Part shown: piece by piece, positions 1 through 9,299 of the stretch | How the letters are laid out: each line of letters begins with the position of its first letter | Position numbering within the stretch: position 1 is the first letter of the stretch | NCBI GenBank assembly: GCA_032718475.1 | Contig: JAUCBJ010006531.1 | Coordinates: forward strand, 1-32,247 | Length of the DNA: 32,247 bases | Origin: Nemertoderma westbladi | Lineage: Eukaryota > Animalia > Xenacoelomorpha | Direction of reading: 5' to 3' | The notes under the pieces: model-generated | The model's input: only the letters and a program-made list of their open reading frames with translations | The model's database searches: none | What the model was told of the DNA's origin: nothing | Translations under genes and position numbers: made by a program

Positions 1-37
1 ACGAGCGATGCCGAGAAATTCGCGTTCAAACATTTAC

Positions 38-90
38 CAGACAGACGGACGGACAGACAGACAGACGGACAGACAGACAGACAGACGGAC
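38..90. repeat. (ACAG/ACGG)n compound tetranucleotide microsatellite, probably part of a HINE/pearl-like non-autonomous element
   Basis: Direct reading: cagacagacggacggacagacag... Mixed ACAG/ACGG runs are typical of Helentron-associated interspersed elements in invertebrates; the element link is inference. Confidence 0.85.
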
Positions 91-403
91 ATGCCCCATT
101 TGCCCTATATGAACCGTATGCCAAGGCTCGCCGACTACGTGTCTCGCCCCACATCTATGCTATCGTAGGACAGCTCTGTCATATAAAAATTCCAATTATC
201 AGACTACAGTAGTATTTATGCCGCATGTGTAAAATAAACTCAAGTGCCGTAATAAAGTCCTCCTCGTCACCCTAATTAAGATCATCATTTAACGTTTGAG
301 TGGCCCCTGTAAATAGGTTAATAAAGTCCTAAAGGGAGCCAGCAAGCTGGCTATAAGAAGACCGTCCGGCCCTAAGAAGGACAGTTTGAGAGTCATATAA
401 TTG

Positions 404-450
404 ACATATATACATATGCATATATATATATACATATATAATAGACATAT
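404..450. repeat. Imperfect (AT)n microsatellite
   Basis: catatatacatatgcatatatatatatacatatata, bounded on both sides by the repeated motif catataattgac. Confidence 0.7.
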
Positions 451-1836
451 AATTGACCTCTCAACAAGTAAGCTCCAACGGTCTTCTAATTAAATGTAAT
501 TTGATGATATCTCGAGACTCGAGAACCAATCATCGAGTTTTATTTTTTGAAAAATGTGATTGTAGGCCTACTGTTTGGTGAACTGAATCCAACAATACAT
601 TATAACCCATATTTCGGATGACAGGTTCCGTAAATCAGACTTTACCAAAAACTTTTCATGGGAACCAGTGTCTTATAATAATACTAATACACTCTAAAAA
701 GAAGATGTAACAGAGATGTTGACCAACTTTATTACAGTAACACAATGGTGCGACATTGCAGTGTACAATGCAATAGTAATGAATGGGATATTACTTTATA
801 ATGAACAGAAGGGATATATGTAATGTAGGTCCTATTTTTCTGCAGATGAGGTTATATGGTTTGACATGGAATCGTAGAGAGTAAATAATTTGTCTTGAAC
901 TTAGAAACATCATAATTGAATTAGGGAAACGGAGTTGTGGTCTGCCGACTGTTTATTTGTCATTAGAGACACAGTTCTGCGGTCTGATTGGGAGAGTGGT
1001 AACAGAGTTTGGTGCGATTATAGTAGGTCATCTTGGTGCAATATAGATAGGCTTTGGGTAATCCTTTGTCCTGCTGATGAGGTCTCGAGATTACCGAGTA
1101 TTGTGTCTCAGACACCGAAACGCAACCATATTTTTCATAAAATGAATTATTTTTGCCCTAGTTCTACTCCTTTACGGCGACAAAATGTCATATATTTTCT
1201 TGTAGAATAGACTTAGCTTTTGTGCAGTATAATACCGGTATCATTTAGTGTATGGCGGTTAGGCTTAGGGTTGGGCTGCGATACATAACTGTATGTTGAG
1301 CAGATTTAATATATTTGTGTTTTTTGTTGAGGTTGTTGTTTGTTTGTATTGTTTTGTGGTTTTTGATGGCCCTAGTGTCTGAATACAATTTTGGGCGTTA
1401 ATGTCCAGATAGTATGTTTTTTGTTAGTTTGTGTTAAGACTCTAGAATTTACCTGTTTATTTTATATATACAAACAATCACGGCAGTAATGGCAAAGAAT
1501 GATCACAGTTCCCAAAATTGTATTTTTGGGCAACGCATTAAATTTAAATCTTTGAAAATATTTTCTATCGTGACGTTTTGTGAAAAGGTAAAAAAATATA
1601 TTTTTTATGCTCCTATTGCCTAGAACTCAAATTTCAGCGCACGACCTTTCAGCACTCGAAACTCGTGTTCACAGCTTCTTTTTTCAACTCCGAAGGAAAA
1701 CATTGCAATCTTCAAAATATGGCCCTTTAAAGCAATCATATTTTTAATTTTAATGCTAATTATCTGTAAATAACTTAACTATGTTGTAGTGTACGTCCAG
1801 TAGTGATTCTATCCGATCTGTAAATATATTATAAAC

Positions 1837-3252
1837 ATGGACATGTTCATCAATGATGAAGGCAACATGGAAAACAACTTATCATTTACAGTGGATGATG
1901 CTATTGAACATTTCCGTTTTGGGAAGTTTCAAGTAAAACTATCATTAGTTGTGGGTCTCGTTTGGGCAGCCGTTTCAGCACAGGTAACTTTGATGGGTAT
2001 TCTTCCCCCAGAATTGACGTGTGAATGGCGTCTAGAAGTTTGGACATCAGCTCTATTTACGATTGTGACGTTTCTTGGAATTTCCTTCGCATCCCCGTTC
2101 TGGGGATATGTAAATGACATCCATGGGCGCAGAACCTCACTACTTATTTCCTCATTTTACGGTTTGGTTTTTAGTCTTTTAACCGCCTTTTCTCCAAACA
2201 TCTATTGGCTTCTGGTACTGAGATTTTTTGTTGGTTGTTCCTTAAGCGGCGGTCTCCAAGCAGTGACATATTATTCAGAGTTTCTTCCAGTTAGATCTCG
2301 TGCACGTTGCATCATTATGTTGCAAGTATTTTGCGCCATTGGATTCTGTATTACTGTGATTCTTGCTATTGGACTCTCACGGGTAAGTGGATGGCGTGTA
2401 TTAGTTGCCGTTTGTAGTTTTCCTTTTCTCCTGATCATCTGTTTTCGCAATTGGCTTCCAGAAACGCCACGGTTTCTTCTCGTTTCTGGAAGAACCAATG
2501 AAGCTTCGCAAGTTCTTTCTAGAATTGCTACCGAAAACAAAAAGGAAATGTTAGTTGGACGACTTGTACCAGCCCCCCAAGTTTGTCGTGGGAAAATAAG
2601 AAATCTGTTTACAAAAGAATCGTATCTAACAACTATATTGACACTTTTTACTTGGTGGGCACTATTTTTTTGTTACTACGGAATAATTTTGCTCTCCACG
2701 GAAATATTATTCCTTGAAGGAACTGCACAAAGTGCTGGAATTAGAGATCACAAACCAAATGATTTTATTTGTTTTCAAAATTGTCATTTTTTGGACATGT
2801 CTGACTATTTGGACATCCTTTGGACAACAACTGCCGAATTCCCAGGACTTTTGATAATGACTTTATTGTTGGACCGAATTGGTCGTAAGAAAACTCTGGC
2901 TCTATTAGTTCTTATATTCGCAGTATTCTCTGGTTTATTGTCTGTCCGTTATTCTCGCTTTATGACTATATTCTTTATGTATGGAGCACGTATGGGAATC
3001 GCGGCTGCTGAACAAGGAATATACATCTACACAGTGGAGGTTTATCCTACCGTTGTAAGAGGAGTCGCATTGGGATTGGGAACTGCCACTGGGAAATTCG
3101 GCGCCATTATGTCGGCAGCTGTTGCCCAGGTTTTGGTAACTTATCATTATTATTTGGCTATCGGGATATTTACTGGTTTATCGTTGTTAGCTTTTATAGC
3201 CATTCTTAAATTACCTGTTGAAACTCGCGATCAAAAACTGGCAGATACTTAG
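1837..3252 (+). CDS. SVOP: SV2-related protein (SVOP)-like MFS/SLC22-superfamily transporter, single-exon CDS, 471 aa
   Basis: Uninterrupted ORF with about 12 hydrophobic segments. MFS/sugar-porter motifs: GYVNDIHGRR, YSEFLP, WLPETPRFL, LDRIGRK, YTVEVYPTVVRGVALG, LPVETR. SVOP-type segments FTVDDAIEHFRFGKFQ and DYLDILWTTTAEFPG are present. It may be a paralogue rather than the orthologue. Confidence 0.88.
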   Translation: MDMFINDEGNMENNLSFTVDDAIEHFRFGKFQVKLSLVVGLVWAAVSAQVTLMGILPPELTCEWRLEVWTSALFTIVTFLGISFASPFWGYVNDIHGRRTSLLISSFYGLVFSLLTAFSPNIYWLLVLRFFVGCSLSGGLQAVTYYSEFLPVRSRARCIIMLQVFCAIGFCITVILAIGLSRVSGWRVLVAVCSFPFLLIICFRNWLPETPRFLLVSGRTNEASQVLSRIATENKKEMLVGRLVPAPQVCRGKIRNLFTKESYLTTILTLFTWWALFFCYYGIILLSTEILFLEGTAQSAGIRDHKPNDFICFQNCHFLDMSDYLDILWTTTAEFPGLLIMTLLLDRIGRKKTLALLVLIFAVFSGLLSVRYSRFMTIFFMYGARMGIAAAEQGIYIYTVEVYPTVVRGVALGLGTATGKFGAIMSAAVAQVLVTYHYYLAIGIFTGLSLLAFIAILKLPVETRDQKLADT

Positions 3253-3599
3253 ATGGCTGCTGTTTATAATGGATAATAGCCCTTACATACCTTGTAATAG
3301 AATAGTCAATATTCTTCAGATAGGGAGGGGGGGACTTTTGACGCAATAAAAATTCAACCCTCTCCAGGGGAAATTCGACGCAAATAACAGCTGATTACTC
3401 TCAAAAATAAAACTGTAACCTGTTCTATTGTGTTTAGTTTACTGTTTTGGTTAAAATATTCACACCCACCTTCCCATACTTTCCCATCTTCCAGAGTTGT
3501 TGATATGGCAAAGTCCTCCGTTGCTATGTTTAAGACTCAATAAAAAACAGATGTAACAGAGATGTTGACCAACTTTATTAAAGTAGCACATGGTGCGAT

Positions 3600-5827
3600 C
3601 CAGGTCAGGTCAGGTATTCTAGGTCATTGATCAAGAAAACTTGCCACCTCCATGCAGCATAAAAGAGGTGCCACCTGTAGCTGCCTATACCATCTTACTA
3701 GGGCAAATCTGGTCCTGTAACTAGGACCCCCTTCGTTCTGGGATAAGGACGCCCCTGGTCCTGGATTAAGGACCCATACACTTGGCTGCAGGGGTATATG
3801 GCCTGGCCAGGCAGATGGTGATCTACCAATGGCTTGTCAGTAGTAGAGTGTTCTCATGTCCACTCTTAGTGCACTTCACTGCGACCTGCACCTGGCAGCT
3901 TGACTGCCTTGGCAGATAAGCGTTCTCTTAGCGCAGTGGGTGTTCAAGAGCACCGAATGCAGACTGGTCAGACTGATGAGGTTCTGATTAAGGACATGGG
4001 GGTGGTTGGCGACTCGCCCTCGCGTCAGCAGATGATAGTGGCAATGGTGGAATTGGTCTATTGATGAATCCAACTGCACATGCAGCATTGGACAAAATAG
4101 ACCAAATCTCTAACCGCATCATCCGTTGCCACTTCTCATGTTCTGGAAGACTGGCTAAGAAGCTTCCTAAGGTGGTTCTGATTGTGTGCTACTCTCCAAC
4201 TAGTTTTGCTCCTGTAGAGGAGGTGGAAAATTTCTACCACAATCTACAAGCAGCTACTGATGGAGTAGATCAGCATGCATTCTTAACATTCCTGGGAGAC
4301 TTTAATGCAAGTCTGCATCGATCACCTACATCGCCCTGGGTCTATAGCAATAGAGTTAACCGAAATTCCATCCATCTTCAGGATTTTATCTCTGGAAATG
4401 GATTGTTTTCGGCTGGAACCCAGTTCAAGAAGCGAACTGGAAAGCTATGGACTCATAGTGGAAACAAGGGCAGTGGTCCAGTGGTCACAAGTCCCAGATA
4501 GACCATATTCTGTGTCGTAGGAAATACAGGAGCTCTATACAAGACTGTAATGCATTTACACTTCGACCCTTATCCAGTGATCACCGCCTTATAGTGGCCA
4601 AGGTAAGACTTAGTCTGCGTGCTAGCAGAACAATGCCGCGGCATGACTGGTCCTCTCTGTTGCAACATCCAAGTGTGAGATTCAGCTTCACACTACAGCT
4701 GAGCAACAGGTATGAGGTTCTTGCCTCTGAGGCCGCAGATCACTGTGAGGGCTATACTGCCTTCACAGAAGCAGTTAAGTTAGCAGCTGCAGAAACAGTT
4801 CCTGTATACCCTCGAAACAGGAAAAGGGCCCCCTGGACTGGCAACTAAATTCAGAAGTGCCGAAATAACCTCTATAAGGCGCAAAAAGAGTCCCGACTCA
4901 AACAGACTACAGCGGCCAAGAATGCAGTTAAGGCTGCATCTAGGTCCCTGAACAGGCAGTACCTAGATAACAGTAGTTAATCTACAGGAGCTAACAAACC
5001 AACAGGTTGATGCCATCAATGATGCCGACGACATCAGGGAATCATCCCAGGCATGGAAATCGATCAACTTGCTTACTGGGCGGAAAAGCCAACCAACCAC
5101 CAAGGTTAAGGCTGAATCACCAGCCGATCGCCTCAATGGTTGGAAGGCCCACTTTGAAAAGCTCCTCAATAATGACAGGGTATTGCCTGATAACTTTATA
5201 GAAGTAAAAGTGTCTGAGTCTGTACTCCCAGATATTCCCATTGGCGATATCTCCTTTGCAGAAGTGAAGGCTGCTGCAAAGAGCATTAAGACCAATCGTG
5301 CCATCGATCCATCGAGTGTTTAAAGCTCATCTATCCCATCATAGTAGACATGTTGACATGTACCGAACAACAATAGTCCCACAAGAAATGAAAACAAATA
5401 AGTGGGTGCCAGTTCCCAAGAAGGGCAACCTAACACTCTATGGTTCTTTTCGGGGAATCTCATTGATCTCTATTGCTGCAAAGCTATACAATAGAATTCT
5501 ATTAAATCGCATCAGGGATCCCATTGAGAGACTGCTCCGTGGAAATCAGAATGAGTTCCGTAAAGGTCGTGGGACTGTGGAGCCCATTTTGGCACTTAAA
5601 AGGATAATTGAAGAGTTATCAAAAAAGAAAGACAGGCATCTGGCTGTTATCTTTGTTGACTTCTTCAAGGCCTTTGATTCAGTCTCTCGCTCACGTATGT
5701 TCAGCATACTTGCATTATATGGGATTCCTGATGAAATTATTGCAGCAATCAGATCAGTATACGATGGTTCGACAACATTAGTGTCTACTGTTGACGGTGA
5801 CACAGAACCATTTGAAGTGTTATGGAG
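3600..5827 (+). mobile_element. Degraded RTE-type non-LTR retrotransposon (LINE), 5' portion: 5' region, AP-endonuclease and N-terminal RT; frameshifted and truncated inside RT
   Basis: APE motifs GGIGLL, CYSPT, LGDFNA, WTH, (Q)IDHIL and SDH lie across frames. RT motifs PVPKKGNL..FRGISL, QNEFRKGR and IFVDFFKAFDSV are present. Homology stops at ccatttgaagtgttatgg (about 5825). The 5' boundary is approximate. Confidence 0.9.
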
Positions 5828-6334
5828 GGTTATTAGTGTCGCTCTGTACTGGTATTGCTCGATTTTTTGCTTGCGGCTGATGGTTTGTTGCTGTTTAACT
5901 AATACACGATACATTAACCATTCATATTTTTATTTCGAATTGCAAAATCGTTAAACAAAAATAAGGCAGGATCTTTTAGTCCATTATGGTCCCGCAAAGA
6001 CAGTAATTTACCAAATTTGAGCATAGAGGGGGAGCGCGAATAAATTTCTGGAAGGGTAAGGGTAATTGACAATCTAGGGTGAATAATTATTACAAATTAA
6101 GATATGGTTCAGATTCGAATACATTTTTAATATAAAAGTCTCCCTTTGGGGAGTTCGCTAAAATGTAGACCACCACTGCGCGCATACTGGCTCTGCAATG
6201 GCTTTGACTAATTTAATATAGTGCCCCCGATTGTCTACCCCTTGGGAATTCCAGGCCCAGCTTTAACCCTAAATGATTTAGCATAATCCCGAAATTTGGA
6301 GGCCAAGTTTACGTTCCCGCCAACAACAGCAATA

Positions 6335-6716
6335 TTATTATATAACATGAGGTAGGCTTGTTTAACAAGCCTAGAATTCGCCAGGTCGAGCGAGTATGTG
6401 CACTGTGCAGCCAAAATGTTATTATACTTACATATCGATCTATTCGAAGGGGGTGGTATGTGCCTGCTTCTCCGTAACATGTTTTAATGCCCAAGGTACG
6501 CTTAATGAAGTTCAGATGGACCCGCACTGTTACTTGAGAAATGTTACAACTCCAAACCTCGGCTCCATAGTTGAGAATTTGTTTTATGAGTTTGCAAAAC
6601 AGGTCATATTTTAGACTGAAACCTAAATTTATATATTTATAGAGGCAGGTTGTAAACTGTAATAAGCCTTGTTGGCCTTTTCTGCCAAGACCTGTTGCAA
6701 CGAAGGACTTTGCCAT
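6335..6716 (-). mobile_element. Fragment of a second LINE family (post-RT C-terminal region; RTE-X/L2-like, clade uncertain)
   Basis: Translation gives ILNYGAEVW...VHLNFIKRTLG...YGEAG..PL..FWLH, then SRLVKQAYLMLYN in another frame. This is a typical LINE ORF2 tail pattern. Confidence 0.65.
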
Positions 6717-8297
6717 AACAACAACTCTTCTGGTAGATATATGATGAGTTAAAATTTATGGAAGATTACTATTTTGAATATGAAGAATTAAATGACATAT
6801 TTAATGTTTTGAAAATTGATCGATGGCTTTACCAAGTAAAATAGACCTTCAAGGCTAGCAATATAGACAATGTCCTTAGTAACGGGTTTTAGACGGGCGT
6901 ACATGCAGTGGTCGTAGAGTCATGGGATCAGATCACCATTATATAAAGTATAAGGAACAATATGAACTACTTTTTAGTTTCTAGTTGCCATAGCAACGTC
7001 AGTAGCCGAAGCGTCATTAACTCAACCTCCACCCCCATTATATCGAGCATACGGAAAAATATGCAATATGATTTAGTTTCTAGATGCTATGGCAACTCGT
7101 CAGAATTGTTGACAAAGTTTTTTTCAAAATCACTTAGCTGTTTTCAGTATATAAAACAGCGCATTCAAATATCAAAGGTTCTTTCAAACAATACGTTTTT
7201 GACAGAAAAGAGAGGTTGACATGTTACGTATGGCACATGCTTCCTTTAGCGGCAGACTGGAGAACTGCGGGCCGATCAACCTCATCACTAAGAGGCAACA
7301 TGTTGTCTAGTACATAATGCCAAGCCAAGTTTCAGCTTAAACGGATTAAGGTCCACTAAATAGAGAGCTTATCACTCTCAGGCATCCTCGCCGTCTAGCG
7401 GCAGGGTGGAGCACTACAGATCGATTTCGGTCCCCACAAAGACTTTGGCTGTGATCTAGAACATAACACGCAAGTTTCAACTATAAGGGATTATAAATAC
7501 TATAACTAAATGAGAGAAGGATTTCACTATCAGACATTTCGCCCCCTAGCGGTAGACTTGAGAACTGCAAACGGATTAGCCTCCCTTGAAATAAACAGCT
7601 GATGGTCTAGTACATATCTGCCAAGTTTCATCTTGAAAGACATTCAATGTTTAAACATGTATCCCCCTAGCGGATGACAGATGGACTGTTATTGATCTCG
7701 TATGATATTATACTGTAATAAGTTGTCAAGAAATTTAAAAAAAAAATGAGAAAGCGCGTCACCGGGGGTTGAACCAGCGCTATACGCATGTTTAGGCCTA
7801 TCATAGGTGTGATCTTGTAGGGCTAAAGAACGGTGTTATGTGCACTGATTACTGTCGTAATTACGATTCTTAAAACAATGTAATTTAATTTATTATTTTA
7901 TTTAAGATTGTTACCATGGGATCTGGAAACTAAAACATATTGTATATTTTCCATATAATGGGGGTGGAGGTTGATTTAATGTCGCTACACGGCTAATATA
8001 TAGCCCGTTTGTAGTCAAAGTTACCAGTTTCCATGGCAACTAGAAACGTAAAAATAGTTCATCCTATTACTTATCCTGATATATTGGTGGTAGACTCTGA
8101 TCCCATGACCCTACAACCACCGCATATACTCATCTAACATTGAAGGTCGTTTTCACTTTGTTGTTATGGTATATTTTTTTCAAAAAACTAAATATGCCAT
8201 TAAATTCATCATGTCCAAAATAGTAATCTTCCACAAATTTTAACTCGTCATATCTACTAGAAGAGTTTTGTTGCTATGGAAATTTCCCTCGTTGCTA
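6695..8297. mobile_element. Diverged inverted-repeat element: about 400-bp arms (6695-7097, 7908-8297) around an internal block of about 150-bp tandem subrepeats
   Basis: The reverse complement of 6721-6783 (acaactcttctggtagatat...gaagattactattttg) aligns with about 8210-8270. ctcaacctccacccccattata (7021) pairs with tataatgggggtggaggttga (7954). A further fragment of the same family lies at about 3490-3546. Confidence 0.75.
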
Positions 8298-9299
8298 TGT
8301 TTAAAATCCTCTAAAAACTAGCGCAACCGTTTGGTGAAGTCTACCGAATTTTTTTTTAAGTGTCCCAATCTGTAGGCCTACTCAACATCTATGTGGGGTA
8401 GCTCCGTCATATAAAAAATTCCTACGTGGTCATGGGCTACATAGCAAAATCATGAAATTGGTGTCATCTCAAATTGATAATGATAAAATGGCTAATAACT
8501 AAACTGCCTCTCTAGAGGTAGGAAGTTCTTGTATGAAAATAGCTGTTTTGAAAATTTAAAGTCGAATTTCACCGATTTCAACTCGTCGAGTATGCACCAA
8601 CTTTTTTATTTTTATTTGAGATATTCAGTCATCTGAGCAACATATTTGAGCCTCAGAATCTTTTCAAATATCGCCAATCTTGCACAGAACGTCGCCAAAA
8701 TTGTTTTACCAGCAAAAAAACGCACTAATTCGTCTAAAAGAGTAAATTATTGGTTGCAGAATAATATGATTCAACTAGAAAAGCCAGCAAGCTGCTGGCT
8801 ATAAGGAGAGCGTCCATAGACAAACGTGGTGTTAGTTGGGTCCTTCCTCATTCATTATCATCAACCTATAAAACATTTGAACGGCCCAGTGCTTACAATG
8901 ATATTCCCATAGGATTCACTGGGAAGAGCTATTCAGCTTACGGGGTACAGTAATACATTATACAAACTAACAGTTGATATTTGATTACTGTCTGGGTTAG
9001 AGTGAGATAGTAATAAATTTGGCAAGTAATATACTTCTCTGCAGTTTGGCCTATCCATTCAATAAATAGTAGTAGCTTACTAGGCCCACATGAGTACCAG
9101 CAGCTGGTGTTTCTATCGTTGGGTTGATGGTGATGATTTCTATCATTTTCGTGTTTTCATTTTCGCTCACTCAGGGTACTGGTTTGAGGGGGAGGTTCGT
9201 TTAAAGCCAGCTTGCTGGCTTTTACAGTAGTATATGAAACACGGCACGGACTATAAAAAAACTATAAAACAAAGGCCAGGATGTAATGAATTCAGAGCA

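Noticed and set aside
846-1836. Upstream coding exon (846-880) spliced to an acceptor at 1789, extending SVOP
   Set aside because: In-frame stops precede the ATG at 1837. At most this is a 5' UTR exon or uORF, which cannot be supported without transcripts.
1929-3147. Short minus-strand ORFs overlapping SVOP
   Set aside because: Antisense shadows of the real CDS.
3600-3760. HDV-like ribozyme at the LINE 5' end, known for some RTE elements
   Set aside because: Local hairpins exist, but I could not build the nested double pseudoknot by eye. A descriptor or covariance-model search is needed.
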